A stretch of 59,071 nucleotides of DNA, counting the filler, from Acidimicrobiia bacterium (lineage in GTDB: Bacteria; Actinomycetota; Acidimicrobiia; Spongiisociales; JAHEDJ01), in NCBI GenBank assembly GCA_029210695.1. It is 15 parts of 15 records of this genome, joined end to end, with 100 filler letters (N's around TTAATTAATTAA, not from the genome) between each part and the next. Parts side by side here need not be neighbours in the genome. Positions count along the whole stretch, not along the records: positions 25,065 to 56,773 come from JARGFH010000045.1; 14 more parts are not named here. One strand, given 5' to 3'. Shown here in pieces: positions 32,124 through 41,203 of this stretch. Position numbers and translations under genes: made by a program. The notes beneath the pieces are model-generated. The model worked only from the letters and a program-made list of their open reading frames with translations, was not told the DNA's origin and did no database searches. The first letter of the stretch is position 1, and every line of letters starts with the position of its first letter.

Positions 32124-32324
32124 ATGGATACCTTCGATCGCCTTCTCACCACCCAGCAACTGGCCGAGTACCTGGCGGTGCCCGTCGCGACCCTGTACGC
32201 CTGGAGACACGCCGGCGAGGGTCCACCCGGCTTTCGTGTGGGGAAGCACATACGCTACCGCTGGGGTGATGTCGACCAGTGGGTACGCAGCCAACTCCAC
32301 TCAACCGCCGGACGAACTCGTTGA
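32124..32324 (+). CDS. Excisionase-like HTH protein
   Basis: LLTTQQLAEYLAVPVATLYAWR..GEGPPGFRVGKHIRY. Confidence 0.9.
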   Translation: MDTFDRLLTTQQLAEYLAVPVATLYAWRHAGEGPPGFRVGKHIRYRWGDVDQWVRSQLHSTAGRTR

Positions 32325-32387
32325 CCGGACCTCGCACCAGCATCTACGGTGAACACGAGTGCTGCCACAGGGTGAAGGAGGCTGCGC

Positions 32388-33536
32388 GTGGCCCACATTC
32401 GACGACATCCCAACGCCCGTCATCGGTGGCAGGTCCGCTACGTCGACCCACATGGCAAGGAGCGATCGAAAAACTTCGCCCGCAAAGTCGACGCCGAGAA
32501 GTTCGTCCACACGGTGGAGGTCCAGAAGATCCGAGGCGAGTGGACCGACCCGGCCGCCGGAAAGGTCAACTTCTCCGAATGGGCCGCCCAGGTCGATGCC
32601 ACCCGCCCCAACCGACGCGAGTCGACCAGAGCACGCGACTCCTCCTACCTGAGGAACTTGATACTGCCGACCTTCGGCGATGCGGAGATCGGTGCGGTAC
32701 GACCAAACGAGATCAGAGCCTGGATCGCCGATCTGCAGGATCAAGGCTATGCCCCCGGTACGATCGCCAAGGCCTATCAGATCCTGTCACGCGCCTTCCG
32801 AGTGGCGGTCACCGACGGTCTCATCGCCCGCACCCCGTGTCGGGAGATCAAACTCCCCAAGGACGACCGCGACGAGAAACGCTTCCTGACCGTCTCTGAG
32901 ATCGAGCAACTCGCCGACGCCATCGGCCCCCGTTACCGGGTCTGGGTTCTCACCGCCGCGTACACGGGACTTCGATTCGGCGAACTCGCCGCTCTTCGCA
33001 CCGACGACCTCGACCTGCTCCGTCGCACCCTCCGCGTCGACGAGCAGCTCAGCAGGCAGGGCTCCTGGCAGATGGTGGCCGGACCACTCAAATCCAAGAA
33101 GGCCTACCGCACCATCGGCATCCCTGGCTTCCTCTGCGACGAGCTGGCGGCCCACCTCACCGATTACCCGTCGGCGTCGGACCTGGTGTTCTCCCACGCC
33201 CAAGGCGGGCCGCTTGACTACAACCGGTTCCGCCGCCGCCACTGGAACCCCGCCGTTGCCGCCTCCGTATGCACGCCTTGCACCCCACATGATCTCCGGC
33301 ACACCCACGTGGCCATGCTGATCGCCGAGAAGCAATCACCGCGATACATCGCCGACCGGCTTGGACATGAGAGCACAAGAACGGTGCTCGACGTCTACGG
33401 ACACCTTTACGAAGGCGTCGACGAGGCGGCGATGGAGGGTCTCGATCGCCTCCGATCGGAAGGCGTGGCCGACCTCGGGCGGCCGCCAGACGGGTCGAAT
33501 GTCGTGTCGATGGACACCAGATCGACGAAGCCCTAG
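32388..33536 (+). CDS. Tyrosine integrase
   Basis: YTGLRFGEL, HDLRHT, LGH..TVLDVYGH; catalytic residues intact. Confidence 0.95.
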   Translation: MAHIRRHPNARHRWQVRYVDPHGKERSKNFARKVDAEKFVHTVEVQKIRGEWTDPAAGKVNFSEWAAQVDATRPNRRESTRARDSSYLRNLILPTFGDAEIGAVRPNEIRAWIADLQDQGYAPGTIAKAYQILSRAFRVAVTDGLIARTPCREIKLPKDDRDEKRFLTVSEIEQLADAIGPRYRVWVLTAAYTGLRFGELAALRTDDLDLLRRTLRVDEQLSRQGSWQMVAGPLKSKKAYRTIGIPGFLCDELAAHLTDYPSASDLVFSHAQGGPLDYNRFRRRHWNPAVAASVCTPCTPHDLRHTHVAMLIAEKQSPRYIADRLGHESTRTVLDVYGHLYEGVDEAAMEGLDRLRSEGVADLGRPPDGSNVVSMDTRSTKP

Positions 33537-34292
33537 TCAGTTGGCCTGCTTGGCTGGGCTCCAGCGTCCTGGGCAGCCGTCGCAGTCCGACCACACGCGC
33601 TCGGCAGGTTCGCCGTTGACGAGCTGGCGGGCGTCGTCGGCGAGGACGACACCGACGAGGTGCCCTTGAGGGTCGGAAACTACCACGAGCCTGGTGCCGC
33701 GTTTGTCCATCCGCTCGAGAAGGTCGTGCAGAGACCCGTCGGGCCTGACCGTGGTCGGCCCGAGTTCCATGACGGTGTCGACAGCAACTTCGGCGTCAAC
33801 GTCCCAGGCTGACCCCCTGAGGCGCCCAATCACGATGCCGTCGCAGTCGACCACGAGCGCTTCATCCCATCCCGCCTCATTGGCTCGTCGGCGTGCGATG
33901 CCGAGTAGTTCATCTGGTTGGACGGTCGGGATATCAGGTCGGGTGGCATTGGAAATGCGGTGATCGGGCTCTTCGGTGCCCTCAACATCGAGGCCGGCGG
34001 CCTTCCAGTCGGCAATACCAGCGGTGTAGTCATAGACCTGTTCAAATCCGAGTGCTTCGAGCCGGCACGCGGCTCGTGGAGACATGTCTCACAAACCATC
34101 GTGTCAGTACACGACCACCGGTTTATCCCGACGCAACACCGACGTGGACTCAGCGTCGAGACGGCGAAGCGGAATGCTGACCGCACCGGGGATGTGTCGC
34201 GAGGTGTACTCGGCGTCGGGAAGCACATCCACGACTTGGGCCTGCTGGTTGATGAGTTCGAGTAGCCGGGCCCGGTCGATGGCGGTGACCAT
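33537..34292 (-). CDS. Rhodanese + CBS-domain protein with two in-frame UGA codons (putative Sec63 and Sec68)
   Basis: One frame from ATG 34292: VDVLP..EY..HIPGAVSIP..KPVVVY-TGA-HDGL-TGA-DMSPRAACRLEALGFEQVYDYTAGIADW, then CBS-like domains; 251 aa if read through. Confidence 0.75.
34058..34076 (-). promoter_or_regulatory. Candidate bacterial SECIS hairpin
   Basis: CGAGCCG-CGTGC-CGGCTCG: 7-bp stem with GU in the loop; 19 nt and 34 nt between the two UGAs and the loop. Confidence 0.6.
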
Positions 34293-34293
34293 G

Positions 34294-34596
34294 TCAGCTC
34301 GCCGCTTCGATCGCCGCTCGGAGTTGGTCGAGGCTCGGCGACCCAGCATAGCCGTCGTCGGCCGCATATACCCGGCAGGACAGACCCACCGGGGCATCAG
34401 GGTCGGCGAACGGATCGACCCCATCGATGAGGACGGTGGGTGAGCCTCGGAACCTGTGCCGTTCGGCTGCTTCCGGTGTTTCGATCAGCTGCCGGGCGAG
34501 GATCAGATCGAATCCCTCGGATCGGAGAGTCTCGAGGTGGGCGTCGGTCTCCTTCCAGTTGGGACAACCGTTGAAGTACTGCAATGTGACTCTCAT
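34294..34596 (-). CDS. Thioredoxin-fold protein of the type found in actinobacterial mer loci
   Basis: LQYFNGCPNW...FRGSPTVLIDGVDPF...LSCRVY. Confidence 0.8.
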   Translation of the reverse strand: MRVTLQYFNGCPNWKETDAHLETLRSEGFDLILARQLIETPEAAERHRFRGSPTVLIDGVDPFADPDAPVGLSCRVYAADDGYAGSPSLDQLRAAIEAAS

Positions 34597-34606
34597 GACA
34601 TCTACC

Positions 34607-35005
34607 TCACGTTGTCTCATCGATGACATGGCACACACAGGACTGCGGCCAATGGTCAACGATCGAGTCCATGCGCTCCTGTAGGGCCTGTAGTTCAGAA
34701 CGGAGACGGGTCAATTCAGCGATCCGATCATCGACCGCCTCCACCTCGCGAGTAATCGCGTCGCGGACCGGTTGACACGGCGCCTCGCCCGACGTCCACA
34801 GCTGGACGATCTCCCGGACGTCATCGAGCGGCAACTCGAGCGCACGCAGCCGGCGCACGAACCGCATCAACTCGACGTCGCCCTGGTCGTAGTCGCGATA
34901 TCCGGCGTCGCTGCGCGCCGGTGCAGGCAGCACACCAGCGGACTCGTAGAAACGAATCGCCGACGCCTCCAGAGATGCTTGTTCTGCAGCGTGTCCAATC
35001 CTCAT
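34607..35005 (-). CDS. Heavy-metal-responsive MerR-family regulator
   Basis: MRIG..IRFYE..GYRDY; metal-binding Cys in APC and the C-terminal CVCHVI. Confidence 0.9.
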   Translation of the reverse strand: MRIGHAAEQASLEASAIRFYESAGVLPAPARSDAGYRDYDQGDVELMRFVRRLRALELPLDDVREIVQLWTSGEAPCQPVRDAITREVEAVDDRIAELTRLRSELQALQERMDSIVDHWPQSCVCHVIDETT

Positions 35006-35012
35006 AGTCAAT

Positions 35013-35043
35013 ACCCTAAACCTTCGAGCTACTCGAAGGTCAA
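35013..35043 (-). promoter_or_regulatory. MerR-type promoter/operator
   Basis: TTGACC-19 bp-TAGGGT with the perfect palindrome ACCTTCGAG-TAG-CTCGAAGGT; ATG 7 bp after the -10. Confidence 0.85.
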
Positions 35044-35401
35044 GCAGGAACCGCCGAAAGCTCACCGCGAACCCGACAATGCCGGGGCCGGACAGATCAA
35101 CCTTCCCGAGGAGCTATAGCGCGCACTCACCCGCGTTTGGGATCCGGGAATCTCGAACCCATCGCGGCTACCACTACCCGGCGATCAGCCTTCCACCGAC
35201 CTGCAAGAGGGCCTGGCGAGGTCGAAAGCCGACATGTGACATCGGGAACGGAAGCGTCCGAAAAGCGTCGCCTCGCAGTTGCCCGGCGGCGCCGAGGACG
35301 CGGGCCCAGGTGATCTCTAGCCAGGTCCTATCCGGAACTCTGACGGACACTAGACGGACACCAGGGCCAACAGGAGGCCCACTGCTAGACCCGAAAATGC
35401 C

Positions 35402-35429
35402 AGAATCCCCTGTGTTTACAGGGGATTCT
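35402..35429. terminator. Hairpin 3' of the tRNA-derived att site
   Basis: AGAATCCCCTGT-GTTT-ACAGGGGATTCT, perfect 12-bp stem. Confidence 0.6.
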
Positions 35430-35431
35430 GA

Positions 35432-35478
35432 GGTGGGCGCTACTGGGATCGAACCAGTGACCTCTGCCGTGTGAAGGC
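35432..35478 (-). repeat. att direct repeat: 3' 47 bp of tRNA-Val
   Basis: Identical to 56396-56442. Confidence 0.95.
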
Positions 35479-35697
35479 TTGTCGGGGCAGTTCCGTGACC
35501 TGGGAGTCTTCTCAGAAATGCCTTCTGAACAGGGCTTTCGTGCTTTGCTCCCCTTCGTCGTTTCGCACTGTTTCGCGCCCGTCTGTGTCAGATCGGTGTC
35601 GGATTCAATCACTGGCCAGTGCATCGGTCAATGCTTCGTATCCGCCCTGGCATCTAGTCTCATCAGTGGCCGGTCAAAACGCCAGAGTGGAGCGATC

Positions 35698-37776
35698 GTG
35701 AAATCCGATACCGTCGACCTGAGGCTGCTCTTTGGGAAGGACGTGCGATACCTCGTCCCTCTCTTCCAGCGCCCATATGTCTGGAATCAAGTAGAGCACT
35801 GGGAACCCCTCTGGGCCGACGTGTTGACAATCGTCGACGCCTACCTCCGCGATCCGAAGCAAGCGGCCCCCCATTTTCTTGGCGCCGTGGTACTTGATCA
35901 TGTATCGACGCAGGTGGCCGAACTCGAAGCTCGCCAGGTCATCGACGGCCAGCAACGGCTCACCACACTGCAGATCCTGATTGCGGCTTGTCGAGATGTC
36001 GCAGACAAGGCGGGCTTCGATAAGCAGGCTCGCGTCCTGGCAAAGCTCACCGACAATGACGAGGATCTGATCGCCGAGACCCACCACATGCTGAAAGTCT
36101 GGCCGACGAACGTCGATCGATCCTCCTTCAGTGCTGTGATGGCCGGAGAAGCCAAACAGGCCGACAGACGGTCGCCGATCACGCGGGCCCATGAGTACTT
36201 CGTCAAGACCACCTCACTATGGCTCGATGAAGTTGACGACACCGAGGACGCCCTCGCTGCATTGTCGGCCGTTCTCCGGTCCTTACTCAAGATCGTCGTG
36301 ATCGATCTTGAGCACAACGACAACGCCCAGGTCATCTTCGAGACGCTCAATGCCCGCGGCACTCCCCTACGCGCGTCTGATCTGATCAAGAATCTCCTAT
36401 TCCAGCGGGCGACAGATGCCGGCGAGGACGTCGAGAAACTGTACGAGACCTACTGGCGCGAGTTCGAGGAACCCGGATGGCGAAAGGAGGTCAGACAGGG
36501 CCGGCTCAAGCGCCTCCGCTTGGATGTCTTCCTAAGCCATTACCTCACGATGGAGAAGGGCTCAGAGATCGGCGTCAGCTCTCTCTTCGAGGAGTTCCGA
36601 TCGTTCACCGCTGCATCCACCGAATCGGTCGAGCATCTCCTCATAGACCTTCGGAAGTACGGCGCCATCTATGACCTCTTCGATGAGCTGCCACCCGATG
36701 ATCCCCGTGGGCTCTTCTTCTATCGGCTCCGGACCATGCAGGCCACAACCGCTGACCCGCTGCTCCTGTACCTATTCGGATTGGACGAGGAGACCCTCCC
36801 GAAGGAGTCCCTCAACGGGATCCTCCGAAAGCTCGAGGCGTACCTCGTTCGCCGGATGGTGTCGCGACTCACTACCAAGAACTACAACGTAGTGTTCCTC
36901 GGGCTCCTTCAAGCGGTGAAAGAGGACCCGACCGACGCCGTAGGTGTCGTCGAGAGGTACCTATCAGGGCTTGAAGGCGACAGCCAGTTCTGGCCCGCTA
37001 ACAACACCTTCCGCAGGGCACTCGAGACGGGCGAGCTGTATCGGACACTGTCTCGCGCTCGACTTCGAATCGTCCTCGAGGCTCTCGAGGACGCCACAAA
37101 GAGCAAATACGCCGAGAATCTCCTCGTGCTCGACAAGCTCACCATCGAGCATCTCATGCCCCAGTCGTGGGAGGCACATTGGCCCCTACCTGCAGACAAG
37201 CATCACCTCGAGGCTGAGCAGGCCCGCGAACAGCGGATCCACAGACTTGGCAACCTCACCTTGGCGACCAAGAAGCTCAACCCCAAGCTTTCCAACGGCC
37301 CGTGGAGTACGAAGCGTTCCGACATCCTCGAACACAGTGCCCTCGCTCTGAATCGGAGCCTCCCCGATGAGTGGCATGAAGACTCGATTGACCAGCGCGG
37401 GGCTGCGCTTGCAGAGGTCGCGATCGGCATCTGGCCAGGACCCTCGGAAGACGGCACGAAGCGCGAGGTCGCTGGGGCTGCGGACGAGGCCCAAGAGGAG
37501 CCGTTCCGCACCGAGCCGATCACAGCTGACGATCTGACGGTGGGCCGCCTACGAATCCCAATCGAATCGGCCGTACTCCTGCCGGCCGACGACGACGAGG
37601 TGGACGTTGTCCTTCGAGGGACGCAAGCGTCAGCGTATTGGCAGGTTGCACTCGCAGGCGACGGTGATGGCCTCGGCTTGCTCACGCTCGACGCCAGTTT
37701 GCTCGGCCGACTTACGGAAGTGGACGATTCGCTGATCCTCACCGACTCAGAAGGTTCCGAGATCTACCTCGACTGA
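35698..37776 (+). CDS. DUF262-DUF1524 (GmrSD-like) nuclease
   Basis: FQRPYVW, IDGQQRLTT, FETLNARG, TIEHLMPQ..LGNLTL..N..LSN; GTG start at 35698. Confidence 0.9.
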   Translation: MKSDTVDLRLLFGKDVRYLVPLFQRPYVWNQVEHWEPLWADVLTIVDAYLRDPKQAAPHFLGAVVLDHVSTQVAELEARQVIDGQQRLTTLQILIAACRDVADKAGFDKQARVLAKLTDNDEDLIAETHHMLKVWPTNVDRSSFSAVMAGEAKQADRRSPITRAHEYFVKTTSLWLDEVDDTEDALAALSAVLRSLLKIVVIDLEHNDNAQVIFETLNARGTPLRASDLIKNLLFQRATDAGEDVEKLYETYWREFEEPGWRKEVRQGRLKRLRLDVFLSHYLTMEKGSEIGVSSLFEEFRSFTAASTESVEHLLIDLRKYGAIYDLFDELPPDDPRGLFFYRLRTMQATTADPLLLYLFGLDEETLPKESLNGILRKLEAYLVRRMVSRLTTKNYNVVFLGLLQAVKEDPTDAVGVVERYLSGLEGDSQFWPANNTFRRALETGELYRTLSRARLRIVLEALEDATKSKYAENLLVLDKLTIEHLMPQSWEAHWPLPADKHHLEAEQAREQRIHRLGNLTLATKKLNPKLSNGPWSTKRSDILEHSALALNRSLPDEWHEDSIDQRGAALAEVAIGIWPGPSEDGTKREVAGAADEAQEEPFRTEPITADDLTVGRLRIPIESAVLLPADDDEVDVVLRGTQASAYWQVALAGDGDGLGLLTLDASLLGRLTEVDDSLILTDSEGSEIYLD

Positions 37777-37879
37777 GCGGCCACTGGAGAGGACGTATCG
37801 GACAGCCGCACTTCGAGTCGTCAGTTCGGGTTGCTCGACGGCGCTACCCTTGGATCTCATCCAAGAACGGGGTCCTTGC

Positions 37880-38116
37880 ATGGCTTCCAAGAAGCGGCTG
37901 TTGCCGACCGGCGAGTGCTGGTGCGGATGCGGAAATGAGACCGGTATCGGATCGTTCTTTAAACCCGGGCACGACAAGCTCGCTGAGTCTGCCGTCATCC
38001 TCACACAGTTCGGTGGCATCGCCGAATTCCTCGACCACTTCGGGTTCGGACCGGGAGGGAAGAACCCCTCCGAAGAGCTCGAGGCCTGGAGGGCGAGTGG
38101 CGGGCAGATACGGTGA
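37880..38116 (+). CDS. Small Cys/His protein
   Basis: 78 aa; ECWCGCG..FFKPGHD; co-oriented within the defence cluster. Confidence 0.7.
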   Translation: MASKKRLLPTGECWCGCGNETGIGSFFKPGHDKLAESAVILTQFGGIAEFLDHFGFGPGGKNPSEELEAWRASGGQIR

Positions 38117-38150
38117 TGCGCAGCCTGTGCCGACCGGGGAGGAATCGGGT

Positions 38151-39689
38151 TTGGTCAGCGTGACGCACGGATCCCCACAGCGCCGGCCAGGGCCGGTCGA
38201 CCTTTCTCGGCTGAAGTCCCACCTCTGGAACTGCGCCGACATCCTGCGGGGCAGCGCTGTCGATCGGACCGATTGGAAGGGGTACATCCTTCCGCTGTTG
38301 TTCTTCAAACGGATCTGCGACGTGTACGACGAAGAGACGGCCGAGGCGACTGAGTTGTTCGGCGATGTCGAGCCGGTCGACTTCCCGGAGGTTCACCGGT
38401 TCACTATTCCTGATGGCGCTCACTGGCGGGACGTTCGTGAAACCCCTGCCAACGTGGGTGCTGCTCTGTCTCATGCGATGCGTGAGATCGAGCTTGCCAA
38501 CCCCGACACCCTTTACCGGGTCTTCGGTACCGCCGACTGGGGCAACCGGGAGATGCTTACCGATGAGATCCTCAAAGACCTCATTGAAGCCCTGTCGGAG
38601 GTTTCGCTCGGCAATCGGGCGGTTGGTTCCGACATCCTGGGCGACGCCTATGAGTACCTGATCGGGAAGTTCGCCGATATCACCAAACGTAAGAAGGCTG
38701 GTGAGTTCTACACGCCCCGAAGCGTCGTGCGGATGATGGTTGACCTGCTCGACCCTAGGGAGGGCGAGAGCGTCTACGACCCCGCCTGCGGTACAGGAGG
38801 CATGTTGTTGGGCGCCATCGAGCATGTAGAGCGCGCCGGCGGCGACCCGCGCACATTCTTCGGGAAGATCTTCGGACAGGAGAAAAACCTCACAACCTCG
38901 TCCATTGCTCGCATGAACCTCGTGCTTCACGGCATCGAGGACTTCCAGATCGTCCGTGAAGACACGCTGCGGAATCCGGCCTTCACCGATTCGGCCACCG
39001 GCGGGCTCGCCACGTTCGACTGCGTCATCGCCAATCCACCGTTCTCGCTCAAGGAGTGGGGTATTGAGATCTGGGAGTCTGACCCGTGGGGCCGAGCGGT
39101 GTTCGGACTTCCACCCAAGAGCTACGGCGACTTTGCCTGGGTGCAACACATGACCGCGTCGATGGCCGACGGCACCGGGCGCATGGCCGTCGTTCTCCCT
39201 CAGGGGGCACTGTTCAGGAAGGGTGCGGAAGGCAAGATCCGCAAGGCCATGCTTCAAGAGGACCTGATCGAAGCAGTGATCGGTCTGGCCCCAAACATCT
39301 TCTATGGCACCGGCCTCGCTCCCGCCATCCTGACCCTCCGCCGCACCAAGCCGGCCGACCGCAAGGGCAAGGTCTTGATGGTCGATGCGTCGAGCCTCTT
39401 CCGAAAGGGCCGGGCGCAGAACTTCCTCGACTCCGAGCACGCCGACCGAATCGTCAAATGGGTGCAAGCCTTCGAAGACGTCGAGGACCGGGCCAAGGTC
39501 GTCGACCTCAAAGAGATCGCGAAGGAGGACTGGACGCTCAATATCTCGCGCTATGTGCTGCCGCCGATCGGCGAAGACATCCCGCCACTACCCGAAGCGG
39601 TCGCCGCGTTCAAAGAAGCTCTTACGGAAGCCCGCGCCGCCGAAGACCGGCTCCGCGAGATACTCATCGGGGGAGGATGGCTCCAATGA
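38151..39689 (+). CDS. hsdM: Type I RM methyltransferase 1 (NPPF)
   Basis: LWNCADILRG, GEFYTP, YDPACGTGG, IANPPF; TTG start after GGAGGA (GTG at 38160 is an alternative). Confidence 0.93.
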   Translation: MVSVTHGSPQRRPGPVDLSRLKSHLWNCADILRGSAVDRTDWKGYILPLLFFKRICDVYDEETAEATELFGDVEPVDFPEVHRFTIPDGAHWRDVRETPANVGAALSHAMREIELANPDTLYRVFGTADWGNREMLTDEILKDLIEALSEVSLGNRAVGSDILGDAYEYLIGKFADITKRKKAGEFYTPRSVVRMMVDLLDPREGESVYDPACGTGGMLLGAIEHVERAGGDPRTFFGKIFGQEKNLTTSSIARMNLVLHGIEDFQIVREDTLRNPAFTDSATGGLATFDCVIANPPFSLKEWGIEIWESDPWGRAVFGLPPKSYGDFAWVQHMTASMADGTGRMAVVLPQGALFRKGAEGKIRKAMLQEDLIEAVIGLAPNIFYGTGLAPAILTLRRTKPADRKGKVLMVDASSLFRKGRAQNFLDSEHADRIVKWVQAFEDVEDRAKVVDLKEIAKEDWTLNISRYVLPPIGEDIPPLPEAVAAFKEALTEARAAEDRLREILIGGGWLQ

Positions 39690-41203
39690 GCAAAGCACCC
39701 GAACACCTCAGCCAACAAGAGCTTGAGTCCTACCTGTGGGGTGCCGCCAACCTGCTACGCGGCCTTATCGACGCCGGCGACTACAAGCAGTACGTCTTCC
39801 CGCTGCTCTTCTTCAAGCGCCTCTCTGACGTCTGGGACGCGGAGTACCACAACGCCCTCGCTGAGACCGGCGATGAGGTCTACGCCCGCTCCACTGCCGA
39901 CGACCGCTTCAACATCCCCGACGGTGCCCACTGGTCCGATGTCCGCAACGCGTCACGCGACGTGGGGCGGGCGCTGCTGAATGCTTTCCGGGCCATCGAA
40001 GCCGCCAATCCCGAGCGTCTAGCCAGCGTCTTTGGTAATGCTTCGTGGACCGACAAGGCACAGATGCCCGATGAGACGCTCAAGAACCTGATTGAGCATC
40101 TCTCCCGACACCCCCTGAGTCTTGCCGCGGTTCCCGAAGACGAACTCGGGAACGCCTACGAGTACCTCATCAAGCAGTTCGCCGACGACAGCGGACACAC
40201 CGCCCAGGAGTTCTACACCAACCGCACTCTCGTCCACCTGATGACCCAGATGCTCGAACCGCAAGCCGGCGAGCGTATCTACGACCCCACCGTCGGAACC
40301 GGCGGCATGCTCATCTCGGCCCTCGCCGAAGTGAAGCGGCGCGGTGATGACGCCCGCACACTCGGCCTCTACGGCCAAGAGCTGATCCACACCACGGCCT
40401 CGATTGCCCGCATGAACCTCGTTCTCCATGGCGTCGAGGATTTCCGCATCGCCACCGGCAACACACTCAGCGAACCCGCCTTCATCGAACGCGACCGGTT
40501 GATGACCTTCAACGTGGTCCTCGCCAACCCGCCATATTCGATCAAGAAGTGGAACCGCGAGGCGTGGCAGACCGACCCTTGGGGCCGAAACTTCCTCGGC
40601 GCTCCACCCCAAGGCCGCGCGGATTATGCCTTCTTTCAGCACATCCTCAGAAGCCTTGATCCCGAGACCGGCCGCTGCGCCGTCCTCTTCCCCCACGGCG
40701 TGCTCTTCCGCAACGAAGAAGCCGCAATGCGCCACAAACTGATCGAACTGGACCTTCTCGAATGCGTCCTTGGCCTCGGACCCAACCTCTTCTACAACTC
40801 GCCCATGGAAGCCTGCGTGGTCGTCTGCCGCACGCAGAAGCCGCCTGAACGGCAGGGTCGCATCCTGTTCATCGATGCCGTGCACGAGGTCGCCCGCGAT
40901 CGCGCCCAGAGCTTTCTCAAGCCCGAACACCAGGAACGGATCCTCAAGGCCTACCAAGCATTCGACGACCAGCCCGGCTTCGCCGCGGTAGCCACCATCG
41001 ACGAGGTCCTAGCCAAGGACGGCAACCTCTCAATCCCCCGCTACGTGCGGCCCGTCGTCGAGGCATCCGGAAGCAATCCCCACGGCGACGTCAAGACCCT
41101 GTGGTCCGGGCTAGAAGCGAGCGGCCGCGAGTTCTGGCAGCAGATGGACGCGGTCGTGGACATGCTCGACGGCATGCTCACTGCGGAGGCCAACCATGGT
41201 TGA
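39686..41203 (+). CDS. hsdM: Type I RM methyltransferase 2 (NPPY)
   Basis: LWGAANLLRG, QEFYTN, YDPTVGTGG, LANPPY; ATGA overlap with M1. Confidence 0.93.
   Translation: MSKAPEHLSQQELESYLWGAANLLRGLIDAGDYKQYVFPLLFFKRLSDVWDAEYHNALAETGDEVYARSTADDRFNIPDGAHWSDVRNASRDVGRALLNAFRAIEAANPERLASVFGNASWTDKAQMPDETLKNLIEHLSRHPLSLAAVPEDELGNAYEYLIKQFADDSGHTAQEFYTNRTLVHLMTQMLEPQAGERIYDPTVGTGGMLISALAEVKRRGDDARTLGLYGQELIHTTASIARMNLVLHGVEDFRIATGNTLSEPAFIERDRLMTFNVVLANPPYSIKKWNREAWQTDPWGRNFLGAPPQGRADYAFFQHILRSLDPETGRCAVLFPHGVLFRNEEAAMRHKLIELDLLECVLGLGPNLFYNSPMEACVVVCRTQKPPERQGRILFIDAVHEVARDRAQSFLKPEHQERILKAYQAFDDQPGFAAVATIDEVLAKDGNLSIPRYVRPVVEASGSNPHGDVKTLWSGLEASGREFWQQMDAVVDMLDGMLTAEANHG

Noticed and set aside
34089..34106. 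Rhodanese as a plain pseudogene, or genome-wide UGA recoding
   Set aside because: Both stops are TGA in the active-site loop with a SECIS-like stem and no other lesion, and TGA acts as a normal stop elsewhere (hsdM, hsdR, int). Pseudogene status is disfavoured but not excluded
35432..35478. Second tRNA-Val gene
   Set aside because: Only the 3' 47 bp are present; this is an att repeat
35479..39685. N-terminal extensions of the DUF262 (35479), hsdM1 (37935) and hsdM2 (39086) ORFs that look like fusions
   Set aside because: They overlap att-flank DNA or upstream genes; the recognisable proteins start at 35698, 38151 and 39686
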